Assembly (NCBI GenBank): GCA_013265495.1
Contig: MU057597.1
Location: 1 to 55,157, forward strand
DNA length: 55,157 bases
Direction: 5' to 3'
Origin: Vicugna vicugna
Taxonomy: Eukaryota
Shown here: positions 35,701 to 48,726 of the stretch, in pieces
How the letters are laid out: every line of letters starts with the position of its first letter
How positions within the stretch are numbered: the first letter of the stretch is position 1
Notes under the pieces: model-generated
The model's input: only the letters and a program-made list of their open reading frames with translations
What the model was told of the DNA's origin: nothing
The model's database searches: none
Position numbers and translations under genes: made by a program

Positions 35701-37060
35701 TCAGTGCTCTCAGGAGGCAGGCATCTTACTCCATCTCGCTGCCCCTGAATGTCGGTGGGGGGACCAGGAGAGACACAGTGACTTAGAAAACCAAGGGGGA
35801 AAGAGTGGGTGAGATCAGATGGCACTGTAGAGGTCGGGTGAGTGTCTTGCAAAGAGGGTAAGAATGAAAGGGAAACAGCAGGGGAAGTAGCAAATGGGTA
35901 AAACAGAGGCGTGTCCAGAAAACCGGGATCTGCAGGGAGATGAAGGTACAGAGATAAAGGCAGGGTGGGAGCGGAGCCCTTGGTGACAGTGGGGCCAGCA
36001 GTGGGGAGGCACGTCACACGGAGAGTGCTTGGAGGGGTCAAGAGTGGAAGCCCTGGTCCTCAGAGTAGCTGGATGCTGGAGGGGAGGGGGAGACCAGGGA
36101 AGCAGAGGGAGCAGCACACAGAAGGAGCAGAGTTGGAAGAAAAGGCAGGAAGAATGGAGATTTGGGACACTGAGAAAAGTAGGGGAGAAAGAGCAGTAGG
36201 AGGGGAATAGGCTGCAGAGTGGGGCAGGAGAGGAGTGCGGGGAGAGACGAAGGAGAGGGAGAAACGGCAGGAGAGTGGAGGGGAGCCAGACAAAGAAACA
36301 GGGAGATAGAAAAACCAAATGAGAGGGAAGCACCTCGTAGCACAGGAGTGGGGTGACACCTGGATCCAGATGAGTGCCGAGTTGTTTGTGGATAATCAAG
36401 TTGTGATGTATTAATTTGTGGCTTTGGAATCTAATAAATTTAGACTTTTTAAAATTGATTATACAGATGAGCATGAGACCTGAAAAACTCTGGTCTCTGA
36501 CTTGTGCATTTTGTAATTATTTGTATCAGAAGGTAGCTTCCATTTGCAACCCCTGTTCAGCCAAGGGCAGTGCCTTGAGTCTAATGGTAGTGAGTCACCC
36601 CCTTCCCCTGACATTGATGTGAGCCGAAGGTCAAGGGACAGGACATCTGAGGCAGGAAGTGACCGACTCTGCCACATGAGGCCTTTGTAAATGAACATTA
36701 AAAGTGCCTTTTTTTCCCCCGGTAATAGTTTTGCTTTTTTCTTGTTTCTTTACTTTTTGTAGCTTGAGATCTTAGTTAATTCAACTTCTCTCCTATACTT
36801 ATTAACTTCTGAAATGAGCTTTGGTGGCTTCCTATAATCAGTTCATGTCATTCTTACGTAAATATGCTCTATTCTGTAGAATATTTTAAGCCTGACACCA
36901 GTTTTTTTTTAATTGAAAGAAACTACCATCTTTCATAGTTTCTGGTTTAGATCAGGGCCTGTGAGCTTTCTCCTCTTTATCTTACATACTGGAGTTCTTT
37001 GGTAAGCAGTAAACATTTCCACACTGTGCTTATGAGTACTTGGTAAGGCCAGTGCCCTTT
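35701..37060 (+). repeat. Paralogous intron-1 sequence (matches 1960-2254 and 5243-6420)
   Basis: Collinear blocks ggcatcttact, aatggagattt, gtggataat-aagttgtgat, cttgtgcattttgtaatt, tcctataatca-ttcatgtcattctt. Confidence 0.9.
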
Positions 37061-37269
37061 TAGCAGTCAAAACCTAGTTTAACCAGTTAGTCTGATACTC
37101 AGTTTTCTTCCCTTTTATGTAACCTGAAACAGTGAGCTGTGAGGGACTACGAAATGTTCCCCTCAAGTTCTTGTCTGTTCTCTGCAAATGAGAGCCCATC
37201 TATTCACAAAGAAGTTTCTCAGAGATTGTTTCTAAGCTGACTCCCTTTCAGTGTTACCCACGGAAGCCT

Positions 37270-37930
37270 AGTCAGTTTACAGTGTTGTGTCAGTTTCTGG
37301 TGTACGGCACAGTGCTTCGGTCACATAGGTACATATATTCGTTTTCATACTCTTTTTCACCATAAGTTGCTACAAGATACTGAATATAGTTCCCTGTGCT
37401 ATACAGTATGAATTTGTTGTTTATCTGTTTTATATATATATATATCAGTATCTGCAAATCTTGAACTCCCAATGTATCCCTTCCCACCCTGGTAACCATG
37501 TTTGTTTTCTGTCTGAGTTTATGTCTGTTTTGTAAGTAAAATAGAATGACAATCTCCAGATCCATCCATGTTGCTGCAAATGGCATTGTTTTATTCTTTT
37601 TTACGGCTGGGTAGTATTCCGTTGTATAAATATACCATAGCTTCTTTATCCAGTCATCTGTTGATGGACATTTAGGCTGTTTCCATGTCTAGGCTATTGT
37701 AAATAGTGCTGCTATGAAATGAACCTTGTGGTATACGTATCTTTTTGAATTAAAGTTCCCTCTGGATACATGCCCAGGAGCAGGGTTGCTGGGTCATATG
37801 GTTTATTTGTAGCTTTTTGAGGAATCGCCATACTGTTTTCCACAGTGGCTGCACCAGACTGCATTTCCATGAACAGTGTAGGAGGCGCCCTTTTCTCCAC
37901 AGCCTCCCCATGTTTCCTCTGAACTTGCAG
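37270..37930 (-). mobile_element. L1 3' fragment
   Basis: MPFAATWMDLEIVIL and PYDPATLLLGMYP motifs. Confidence 0.9.
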
Positions 37931-38289
37931 AGGATGTTTCTTCTCTCCCCAGCGTGTCACTCTGTCCTTCAACCTGTGAACTGTATTCTCCCACCCTCCC
38001 GTGGTGCCGCAGCTCCTCCAGAGACAGGCAAAGGCAAAGACTTTACCACGATCTACAACCCTTTGCCCTCTGGCTCCTGTCAGTTTTGTTGCTTGACTGA
38101 AAGAGCGATGGGGGCTGATTCAAAGGGGTTTCTCTCTCATTTCTCTTTCTGGACTTTATTCCATCGGATGCTCCATTCTTAGCCCTAACAGACCACAGCT
38201 GACACCTCGATCATCCTAACCTCTGGGCCTCTCACGGTTCCCTCCCCATTTTCTGGACTTTGGTCTAATCCAGAGTTGGGAAAAACACC

Positions 38290-38900
38290 AAGAAGTGGGT
38301 CTCTTCCTGCAAGGCGCAGGGGTCTGGCTCTGCTGCAGGCCCCCTTGTAGGCAGGTCTGTGGCCCACGGAATCCTGGGAGTGGTAGTGGCTGCTGGTGTG
38401 TGGACCTGGGTCCCAGGGTCTCACACTAGGGTGCCAGCACTCCGGGCATCCCAGGGTGGGTGGCAGGGCTGGGCCACAGGGCACGCAGGGCCTCTTACCG
38501 CAGAGTCCTGGGGGTCATGAAGCTGGTGCTGCACCCCGGGGCCAGTCCTGGCCATTGTGAGCCCTGGGACCCAAGGCCTGTGGCTGCAGAGCCTTAAGGG
38601 TTCTAGAGATCCTGTCACTCACTGCTGTGCAGGGGCCGGGAGTCCTCGGGTAACTGGCCTGCTGGTGGGGAGGGCTCTGCTGCCTGCAGCTAGCTCCCTG
38701 GCCTGGTGTGTGACAGGACTGGCGATGAGCAGGCTGGCGGGCGGGGCTGCACTGGTAGCAAGATGGGTTCTTACCTGATGCTTACCAGCTCCGGTGTCCA
38801 GTGTCCCCATGGTGGGAGCCAGCATCCACATCCCCGAGGTGAGTGCCATTCACCTCCTGCCTCTCCGGGAGGGTCTGACCCAGGCTCCTTTCCAGTCCCT
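38290..38900 (-). mobile_element. Probable old L1 5' UTR-type GC-rich fragment
   Basis: Recurrent gggtccca/ggctgcag/ctggtg motifs like those of old laurasiatherian L1 5' regions; not verified. Confidence 0.35.
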
Positions 38901-38979
38901 GCTTCTGCCCTGGGTCTGTTAATCCCTGCCCACCACCCCTTTCCCCTTGGTAACCATGGTTTGTTTTCCTCAGTGATTT

Positions 38980-39030
38980 TTTGTCTTGGTTAGTGGAGAT
39001 ACTGGGGATTGAACCTAGGACCTTGTGCAT
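38980..39030 (-). mobile_element. Partial tRNA-derived SINE
   Basis: ggagatactggggattgaacctaggaccttgtgcatg. Confidence 0.7.
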
Positions 39031-39239
39031 GGAAAGGACACCCCTCATCCCACCTTAGTGATTTTAATGCAGACTTGTTTTGTGTCCACAGAGCAACCAG
39101 GGGTGTATGGACAAGCAGCACCTGTTTCTTGAGAATCTTCCAGGACCTCAAAATTGGCCCCAGGAGCTCCCAGATGATGGGGCCTAAAATAGAAGCTCCC
39201 ATGTGCCTCTGACAACCCTCACTTGATCCTAAACTTGCA

Positions 39240-42200
39240 GGTAAGGACCACCTTTCCTCTTGGTGTGACTGGTACACAAACATCACAAGGTATCCATGTC
39301 ACCCTGGTTCTCAGCCTCTCAAGTCATGAGCAGTGGCCCAGACCCCCCCCCCCAATCACATTTCTGAACAGTCAGCCCTTTGTTCTTTGGGCTGCGGTCC
39401 CATTCTGCGCAGGCAGGGCCTCCTCCGTGTGCTGCAGGTTACACGGCTCCCTGAAGTGCTATGGGAGCTGTTCGTTCTGTATTTACTTAAAGAACATATT
39501 GTTATTCATTCATTCATTTTTAGTTTTTTTATTGAAACAGCTGATTTGCAACGCTAACAATGCTGAGTCTTAAGGAAGGCTCTCCAGTGTAACGTTGCCT
39601 AAGGGCGCAGCTGGAGCTTGCCTCTGGGGGCTGCTTTTAGCCTGTGCAGGGTAACCGGCAAGGCCTTCTCCCAAACTGGGTTGGTTTCCTGGCCTATTTT
39701 GGTGGTTCTCTTTTTTAAGGAATGACTCGTCTTTTTAGTCTTTGCCGCGGACTGAGGTCTCCATGGAGCACGGTAACTCCCCTTGTATCCCCAGTTACCC
39801 TGGCTATGAAAGCTCCTTTGTTGGCACTTTGATTTGAAGAGGCAACCCACAAAGACGCATGATTTCTCCTAGCAAGGCCCCCATTACCTCAGAAGCCCTT
39901 TTCTGCCCTGCATGGAAAAGCTTCACCCAGCCCACCTTGTTGAAGGCGTTCAGATCCCAGCAATGTCTACAGTTCCCCATGGCTCTTGGCACAACAGTAA
40001 GTCTGTCTGCCGGTAGGTCCTGGTTCCGCCTCTCGGGTTTGCATCCCTTTTATTATTGGAGGTGGCCAGGCTTAAGGACTGTTTCTGGCACAGACCAGGC
40101 AATTCTGTACGACCTTTGAGGTAGACCTTGGCATTTGTAGACCAGGAGTACATTTTTGTAGCTAATGCTAGCTTGCATCCCTCCCCTAACGGGCTCCTTG
40201 ATCATTCTGTCCCTTAAATGCTCAGCTGTAAGCACCAGCTGGTCTCCACAGTGAACCCAGCCTTCTTTGGGTGGGTGGTACTGATCAGAGTGGGCATCCA
40301 ATTCCCATTCATTTGCGCAACACTGAGGCCTACACAGGGGCAGGTCAGCGCCCGGGGTGAGGACTAGGGCCTTAGGGTCTGGATGTCTCGCTCTGACCAG
40401 TGGAACAATTTCCCGCAGCTGCTTCCTTCTGTGTGTTAACATTCCTTCCTGCTGTTAGCGGACCTCTCTCCACATGGCCCCATGTGCTTGTACTTCAGAG
40501 AAGGCATCCATAGGATCTGTACAAATGGTTACTTTTTTCTTAGCTCCAAGGTGCAGGGCTCCTGTGAGTGCTGCCCTCTGGGTGGACATACCTGGAGGCA
40601 GGCCTCCTGCTCCAAGTCCTGGTGCGTTGCTGTCGCACACCCCGCCTTTCGGAGTCCCTGGTCCATGAAGTTGCTCCTGTCCGTAAGCGTTTGCACATCT
40701 GTCAGGTCGGGTCCCCTAGAATAGACTTTGTCAGTCATTTGTATGTAGCCGTGGACAGGTTCACTTGTGGGAGTGACTGGGTTTAGAGTGGTTATCACCT
40801 TTTACTCTTACACTCAGGTTGTTAAGTAGCGTGGCCTGGTGTATGCCCTGCCGTTCCAGGAAGGGTGGCACACGGACGTGCGCAGTGGTAGGCTGGCCTG
40901 GGACCAGCCGTCCTTCAGTTACGAGGTCTGTTTGGAAAAGCAGCCTGCTGGCTACTGCACCTAAGCTTAGAGCCAGCCCTCCGGGACGCCCACCCTGCGC
41001 TTCATGCACAAGGTCACGTGGCTTCATAACACCTGACAGACCAAGTGCGAGGCTGCTCAGGTTTCTCCTTGATGCTGTGGAACCCAGGAGGGCAGCCCGG
41101 AGCCCCTCTTTAGGGCTCGTTGTCACTTCCTTTGAGAGCCTCACACAGGGCTCTGGCTCTGAGTCCAAAGTTAGGGATCCAAATGCAACAAAACAGCATT
41201 TCCTAAAAATCCCCATACCTGACTTTGGGGGTTCGGTGCAGCCTCCTAACGGTTGCTTTCATTTAATGGCGGTACTGGGATCAGCCCCACAGGCTAAGCG
41301 CCCGCTCTGCCGCTGAGCTCTGCCCTTCCTCGCTGGTGATGCCTCTTTTAGATCCAGCAGTAAGTTTGCCCTTTGATAACTCAAGTCCCAGACACCGTAC
41401 AGTTGGTTAAGAAATTATCCCCAGTCTGCCAGAAAACTTCAAGTGAGGGCCGTATTTTGGTCTGAAGCTTCCTCAGTTTTACCAGCAATCACAATACCAT
41501 CTACCTGCTGGAGCAAGACTTTCAATGGAAGGTCTGTTAGGTCCCTGGCTGAGACATCCCCAAAGTTAGTGGGGGCGTTTTCACATCCTCGCAGCAGGAC
41601 CATCCAGCAGGACTGTTACGCAGTTTCTGCCTCACCTCATTTGTAGGCAAACAGTCCTGGGGACCAGGCCTCATCAGGGAGCAGCAGTAAAAAGGCATCT
41701 TTTCAGTCCAGACCTATTAGTAAAGTAAGCATGTGGGCTCACATCTCCTCACATCTCCTCACATCTGGTGCAAAAGGCTACTCTCGGACCGGTGTTTGTA
41801 CCCAGGACGGGTGTGGCATCCTGGGGACTGACAAGGTCAAAGTAACTGGCCTAGAAGAACAGTGGCTTGAAACCTTGTCTCCCTTCCCTCCCCCATGCTG
41901 TAAGTCTGCAGCCCTGGCACCTGGACTGCCCTTCTGCGTCCTGTCAGCCCGGACCCCTGCTCTTACCGTTTGTAGAGTTTCCTCAGGGACTTGCGGTTCA
42001 GGCTTGTCTCCCAGTGCTAACAGCACAGCTTGGAGGGCTCAGGTCTGATCCAGGAGTTACTGCCATGTCTACTTTTTCTGGTGAGAAAGTCAGCTGGATA
42101 TTTAATTTTGTTAGTAGAGCTTATCCTAACAGTGAAGAGGACATTCATGCATATACTACACAAGCCCAGAAAGCTGTGCTTTAAGTATGTCCTTCTGTGT

Positions 42201-43370
42201 GACACTGGAGAAAAAGACATGCCCAGACAGCAGCAGCGATGTGTCTAGCATTGGTACAAGATAAGCAGCTTGAGTGTCAGAGCTAAGTTTCTTCCCCTGC
42301 GCTGGTCCTGGGGTCCCTTGTGGGGGAAATGTGGGTGCAGCTCTCGGACTTTAAAGGAGTCCGGGTCCCTGGCAGCAAGTTGCAGCATCTGGCGGGAAGC
42401 CTGGAGGCAAGTCCCTTTTCTTTTCTCCCAAGGAAGGATGCCACCAGGTGAGGGTGGGCGTGGAAGGGAGTCAGAGAAAGGTTCAGAGTCATAAAGACTG
42501 CGGATGTTGACAGGTGTCTGTGTGAACCAAGGACAGAGGGTTTTCGACCCGTACCTGCCGCACAGCAGTTCTCAGGAGACCTGGACGCAGCCTCTCAGGT
42601 CACAAGGACAGAGGAGACGAACTCAGAGCAGGGTCAGGACTTCACTTCCCCGGCGACCCCCGAGCCCCGGGTGTGGGAAAGCTGGGCCTGAGGAAGCAGA
42701 GCACAGGTACCAACTGGAAAAGACACTGGCCTAATAATACTTTTCACATGCTTTACCTGACAGAACAATTAAGAGATGTCTTTCACTTACTGTCTTAGAG
42801 ATGAAGGATTGTCCATTTTATCTTTTGGTTTTGTAGATTACACACCATTGGCTTTCAGGGGACTGACCCCCGCCCCCAGCTCCTCCGGGGATGGGCACAC
42901 GTCTGCCCCACAATGGGGACGCGGGGGCCCACCCAGAACCCTGTCTCCCCAGCAGGCTAACTGGGACCATCACCTACTAGAGAATATTCTACCTTGCTAG
43001 AAATCCCAACATCCTTTCTTTCTGACTGATTCATCAGCTCTGACTTGAATTTTTAGTAAAACCTTCTGACTTGCTTCCAGTGCACAGTCTGCCCCAACCA
43101 GAGCTGCGCATTGTTACTGGCAAGCACAATAAATATGCTCCCCTCGACACCAGACAGTCACGTATTCCAGCTGACTACCGCCCTCTCAGGATCTGAGGTG
43201 GAAACACAAGGCCTCGCCTGCGGGCCCTTCTGGGGATAAAGCGCCCTCTCACCTCAAGCCCCGCCCACCACCACTTACTCAGGAGCCAGTGTTTCTCCTC
43301 CTCGTGGCCTGTGACCGTCACACAGGCTTTCCCCCTTACCAAGTCCTCACACTTCTCTGCCTAGCTCGTG
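39240..43370 (-). pseudogene. pol: Decayed ERV1 (gamma-like) gag-pro-pol internal region, no LTR recognised
   Basis: IN PWRPQS...LKK...QET...WEKALP and MPRAMGN...GWV...ASEV; RNase H VTICTD..AF...AHGAMW; RT remnants WMVLLRGCENAPTNFG and LLQQVDGI; many stops and frameshifts. Confidence 0.85.
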
Positions 43371-43393
43371 CTAGGGAGATTTCTTGTTTCTTG

Positions 43394-43735
43394 TTTTTTT
43401 TTTAATTGAAGTATTGATTCTCAATGTTAGCTTCAGGCATACAGGAAAGGAATTCAGTTATATATATACACACATACTTTTTCAGTTTCCATCATACAAA
43501 AAATCGAATATAGTTCCCTGTGCTATACAGTAGGTCCTTGTTTCTATTTTATACATAGTAATATGTATCTTGTTAACAAGGACCTACTGTATAACACAGG
43601 GAAGTATATTCAACCTCGTAAAAAAAACTGATGGAAAAGAATCTGAAAAAAAGTGTAAATTGCTTTCCTCTACACATGAAACAAACATTGTAAATCAAGT
43701 ACACTGAAGTCAACAGCCATTAAAATAAAAATATT
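43394..43735. mobile_element. Two L1 3' tails in inverted arrangement
   Basis: gttccctgtgctatacagtaggtccttgtt followed by aacaaggacctactgtataacacagggaa. Confidence 0.8.
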
Positions 43736-44211
43736 TTAAGTGAATGAATAAATGACACATTGTTTTATACAGTCACCTTATCATTTGAGTCACATAACCT
43801 TCTGCCTAGCACAGAGGCGGCCCTGCATACACTGGGGTCACAAGCATGAAGTGAGGGGGAGGAAGGGCGATCAGCCACCAGGACCCTTAGAAAGAGCAGA
43901 GCACAAAGGTACTTACCAGGACTGTGGGGCCTGGGGCCTTCTCACTAGCTTCCACCTACAGGTACACGTAAAAAAGGTGGCCATCCTCCTAGAAAAACAA
44001 CACGAAGAGAAGTATATGGGTAACTGAACTTCACGCTGTACACCAGAAATTGACAACATTGTAAACTGAAGATGCTTCAATTAAAAAAAGTGGGAATGCT
44101 GTATCCTATGCCTGTTCTAAGCCATGCCACGTACATCCCACCAGCCGTGCACATGGGTGTATTCTGGACAGATGGGGAAGGACAGCAGAGGAACCACACT
44201 GGGTTGGTAAC

Positions 44212-44299
44212 AGGAAAGTAGCAGCTATATCTTCCCCAAAATAAGCCTTTGTACTAGGAAAGTAGCAGCTTTATCTTCCCCAAAATAAGCCTTTGTACT
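44212..44299 (+). repeat. 44-bp tandem duplication
   Basis: aggaaagtagcagct(a/t)tatcttccccaaaataagcctttgtact x2, one mismatch. Confidence 0.95.
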
Positions 44300-45530
44300 G
44301 CAGGTCGCTGTGACAGTGACCATCCACTGGTGCTTGGAACCATCTTTCCTTACACCCCGGAAATTTATGGCCCCTCTCAAGTTGTGCCTGTACACCCATC
44401 CCAGACAGGACATCCCTTAAGAAATCCTTTCGCCATCGATGGTTAGAACCACCTGTTTGCCTTCTGGACTCAGAGAAACTTACACTCATGGGGCCCAACA
44501 AACTCCCCAGACACCCCGTAATGATCGCCCCATCCTGCTGTGCAGTCCCACAAAACACTGCAAGCCCTGACAACGCACACACGAGGGAATACACGTGAAG
44601 ACACCCAAGGACCCACCAGACTGAAGACACCATGTTTTCATTCAGTGACACCAGCCAAACACTGTCACCTCTAACATCTACTAATAACACAGATGTGTCT
44701 CCAGTGATGCACCTGCCCAAGTGAGACCTCAACATCTTCCAAGGAAACACTCCCAACTTTTCTTTTATAGCTTCCAAAATGCTCTTCACTGCAACTTAAC
44801 CAAAGACATCCCAGAAAATGAACTCTCAGATTTTCCCTCTAACTACTCCATGGGTTGCACAATGATTCTTGCCCTCCAAAGACCCCACACAGGTCACTGC
44901 GTAGAATGCATGCTGGGGGGCACCCTCCAGATCCAGCCACTCAGGACAAGGCACCCATCCTCCTGCACCCTAAGCTCCCCGTGGGCTCAGCTCAGGTCGT
45001 GTCCCAGGGAACTCGAGCTAAGACGCTGTGGCACCACACACTATTCCATGCAGCCTGCAACGACCCACAGGTGCGTTTGCAGATGTCAGAAAGAGGCTTC
45101 CCTTTCCAGCAGTCCCACACAGCCCTGGACCCCACAACCATGCTTGGGGCAGGTGCACACACCAGCTGCCATGCCCCTCCTGCAGCCCCCATGGCTCCCC
45201 TCCACGTCCCTCATTTTTCCTCCTCTCCTTCACGCACATGTGAGCAAATGGGGCTAAAAGGCACAGGGACCTCCTGGAACAGGCCTCACAGCAGGAAGAC
45301 ATGGAAGTTGCAAACTGAACGACCCTGGGCATCCAGGACGGAGATCAAGAAGTTGTAGCTCCTGGGAAGACGTGCCAGCCACTGTGGACATCATGAAGTC
45401 CAGTTTAAAGGCGTTTGAGAATGGGCTGGATTGAGTTCAGTGAGCAAGTCACAGAGAGAGGCCCCCTATCTGTCTCCTGTGCTCCCCACTCACAGCAAAC
45501 TGGGGGATACCTGAGCTCTCAGGGAGGGGG
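44212..45530 (-). repeat. Inverted paralog of unit-1 intron sequence ~6960-8430
   Basis: Reverse-complement matches such as ctgaactcaatccagc, gagtagtta-agggaaaatc and tttccttggaag. Confidence 0.9.
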
Positions 45531-45612
45531 CAGAATAGGATGACTTTGTAGTGAGGCTTAAAAATACCAGTAGTGGGACCTCAAAACCAGGTCTCATGTA
45601 AAACTGAATGCT

Positions 45613-45667
45613 GCTCAAACTCCTGACCTCTTGCGAAGCACGTGCTCTACCAACGAGCTACAGCCCC
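45613..45667 (-). mobile_element. tRNA-Ala-like SINE head or tRNA pseudogene
   Basis: Reverse complement ggggctgtagctcgttggtagagcacgtgcttcgcaagaggtc; internally deleted. Confidence 0.55.
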
Positions 45668-45729
45668 ACCACCAAGGGGGCGTATCTGAGGGAGAGGAGG
45701 CTGTTGAGATACAGGCTGAGGGGCCTGTC

Positions 45730-46025
45730 AACTGATGCAGAGAAAACATTTTAAAAAATTCAACAACTATTTATAATACAAACTTCAGAAAAGGAGGAAG
45801 AAGAGGGAACCTCCCTCAACTCAATAAAGAACATCTGCGAATAAATTGCAGCAAACACAAGTAACGGTGAAAAGCTGGCTGCTCTTCCCCAGAGATTATG
45901 AACACGGTAAGCATGCCCACCCTGACCACTGCTACTGACACTGTGTTAGAAGTTCCAGCCAGTAAAACAAGGGAAAGAGAATAAATAAGCCATAAAGGGA
46001 GGAAAGGAAGATAAAATTGTGCGCC
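45730..46025 (+). mobile_element. Old L1 ORF2 fragment
   Basis: gatgcagagaaaacattt...aaaattcaac and ctgtgttagaagttccagccag. Confidence 0.7.
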
Positions 46026-46047
46026 CACGGGCAGGAGGCATCACGAC

Positions 46048-46712
46048 TGATGGGCTGAGTAATGCCCCCTCCCCCCAGTAACGGCCATGTCTTCGCACCT
46101 GTAACATGCTGGGTGGTTTTGTTTGTTTTTTCTAAATGTCATTTAAAGTTATTTTCTAGTATTTTTTGGAGGGAGGTAATTACATTTGTTTGTTACTTAT
46201 TTCTTTATGTAACAGAGGCCTGGGGACGGAACCCGGGACTTCGTGCGTGCTAGGCATACACTCTACCCCTGAGCTACATCCTCCCCACTAACTGTTAAAT
46301 GTCAAAGGGGAGTTTGCAAAAGTGGTCGGGTTAAGACCAGGACACAGGAGATGACACGGATGATCTGGTGAATGGATATAATCCCAAAGGTTCCTGTAAG
46401 TGGGTGGAGTGAGAGCAGCTCCATGGAGAAGTTAGTGGTCTGCTGGAAATACACAGACAGCGCCGAAGAGACATTAAGAGGCTACCTTGCTGCTTTCGAT
46501 GGTCGAGGAAGGAGACGATGAGGCAAAGGTTGTCATAATCTCTAGACCCCAGGACAGACAAGGAGGCGTATTCAGGCCTGGAGTGTCCAGAAGCGGCCCA
46601 GGGCTGTGGATCCACTTCACACTCTGGCCTCCGAAACTACAAGAGAACAAATGTTGGCCAGAGCCACTCAGTTTGTGGGAATTTGTTACAGTGGAAATAG
46701 GACATTTACTGA
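46048..46712 (+). mobile_element. MaLR MLT1-like LTR, interrupted by a SINE (46160-46286, minus)
   Basis: 3' end gccactcagtttgtgggaatttgttacagtggaaatagga is MLT1-like; SINE gaacccgggac...ctctacccctgagctaca. Confidence 0.7.
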
Positions 46713-47724
46713 AATGGCACATGGAGAAAGGCAAACGAATTCATGGGCATTTCTAGAAAAACTATTATTTGCAAGGTCTAGGATACAAGAACAAAATACA
46801 AAAATCTATTTCAACTTCATATACTAGCAATTTATGTGGAAATTGAAAATACAATACCATGTTTGAATGCTCAAAAAAATTAAAAGTAGACAAATGAGTA
46901 AGCTTAACAAAACATGGACTTTTTTGGTGAAAACTACAAAATAACGAAAGAAATCAAAGATGGCCTTTCATTTAGGTCATCTCTGGAAAACACCATGTTC
47001 ACTGACTGGCAGACACAACATAAAACAATGGCAGGTCACCCCAAAGTGACTGACACGTTTGATGCATTGCCAGTCAAGATTTTGTAAATACAAGCAAGAT
47101 GATTCTAAAATTAACAGGGAAGTAGTCGAAATTCTTGGTGAAAATGGGAAGGAAAGGTCTCTAATGCTGGACATCTGAGGTACTTAACGGAGAGTAATGG
47201 TATCTAGACAAATACTGATGGTCTGTTGACTATGGTGCGAACAGCTTCCCTTCCGAATTTAAAGGAGCTTTTTTGAAGTTAATGCCATCAAAATGGGTTT
47301 CATACCAGGGCGGGGTTGGGACCTGGGAAGAACTAACTTCAGCAGTTTCCACCTTTCAAGTAGATCACATGGAATTTTTTTCTGTTTTGACTGAAAATAT
47401 TTTTGGTGGGGGCTCATTAGAAATATTCTAAAACTAGACTGTGTGAATGGTTTCACAACTTTGTAAATCCACCAAAAAAAAGAAAAATCACTGAATTCCA
47501 TAATTAAAACAGTTTAATGGTACTCAAATTGTATCAATACACTTTTTTCATGCAGTGTTACCCTAGACTCACAACACACCTACAGTTTCAACTTACGTAC
47601 ACTTTCCCAAAGATTTTAGATGCAATTTTACATCTTCTCTTTTTCAAAAATTGCATTATAAAAAATTACTACATTATATCTAATACTTTCTCTCAATAGT
47701 CCTCAAATAATACTTTAGGATGTG

Positions 47725-47855
47725 ATTTTTTTTTCTTGATGGGAGAAATTAAGATTGATTGATTGATTCATTCATTCATAGAGGTACTGGGACTGAACCC
47801 AGGACCTCCTGCATGCTAATAAGCACGCGCTGTAACACGGAGCTGGACCCTCCCC
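47725..47855 (-). mobile_element. tRNA-derived SINE
   Basis: gaggtactgggactgaacccaggacctcctgcatgct. Confidence 0.8.
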
Positions 47856-48261
47856 ATCGATTTCTAATCAATAACAAGTTACCTCTACCCTAAAATCTCT
47901 GGCTCATGTTTTCCTTTTAAACCTCAGAGCCCACAGTCTTGTGCAGTTACTTCCCTAGTTGGTATCACTTTACACTTGTTCCTGGCTAAAGGGCACCGTG
48001 TCTTCTGTATCCATCATAGCAGTGAACCGCTCTTGCCTCAATAAATACGTCATGTTCAATAATCCCTTTTCTTGGATTATCTGGTAATCAGTGCACCTAC
48101 ATATTATTTAAATACTCAGTCCCTGGCAATACGGGCCTATGAAATGAGACACAGGTGAACCCCGGCAGTATCGCGGGCTCAGTGCCAGGCCCCACAGTAA
48201 AGCAGCTGTCGCTGGACCACAGGGCGCAGACAACTTACGCTGATACTACTTTAAACAATTG

Positions 48262-48360
48262 TTTTAGTTTGGGGAGTTATTTATTCACTTACTACTTGGA
48301 GTTATCAGGGATCGAATCCAGGACCTCATGCACGCTAAGCACTCACTCTACCCTACCCCC
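48262..48360 (-). mobile_element. tRNA-derived SINE (degenerate)
   Basis: gggatcgaatccaggacctcatgcacgctaagcactcactctacc. Confidence 0.7.
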
Positions 48361-48726
48361 GTTTACACTACTCTTCAGACTATGAACTGAAGACCCTGAG
48401 GGCGTCCCACCTGACCAGCTGCATCTGCTTTTTGTGGGCAAAGAGCTGGAGGATGGTCGTGCCCCCTGCATTCGGTTCTTCTGTCTGCGGGGCAGCTCCC
48501 CCAGAAACACAACTGGGACGACATGACCTGCCCCAGGGGTGCTGCTTCCCGGCCCTGTGTCCCATCAGATGGCGTAAGAATTACTCTGGCCACACCAACA
48601 ACAGGGGCCCAGGAAAAAGATCAAGTAAGGCCCATCCACAGGCCCCTCCGCTGCTGGCAGGGCAGCCATCACCCAAGCAGGTGCGTCCCCTTCACTGCCT
48701 GCAGCAGCAAACAAACAAAACCAGCT

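Noticed and set aside
33906..35704. TCAG as a 4-bp TSD around the LTR stack
   Set aside because: The left TCAG may belong to the LTR terminus; 4 bp is too weak to call
35815..36474. 219-aa Leu/Ser/Pro-rich ORF and similar ORFs at 1977-2359 and 5250-5657
   Set aside because: Antisense reading of purine-rich low-complexity intron sequence
41738..41766. 10-bp unit repeated three times (ctcacatctc) in ERV pol
   Set aside because: Simple slippage repeat in a dead element; no spacers, not CRISPR-like
43905..43925. Perfect minus-strand donor CTG|GTAAGT
   Set aside because: No convincing acceptor or recognisable coding content; isolated motif
45613..45667. Possible tRNA-Ala gene
   Set aside because: Anticodon arm region is deleted and the acceptor stem incomplete; better explained as a SINE head or pseudogene
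45668..45683. CTCF-like CCACCAAGGGGGCG
   Set aside because: An extra base breaks the core spacing
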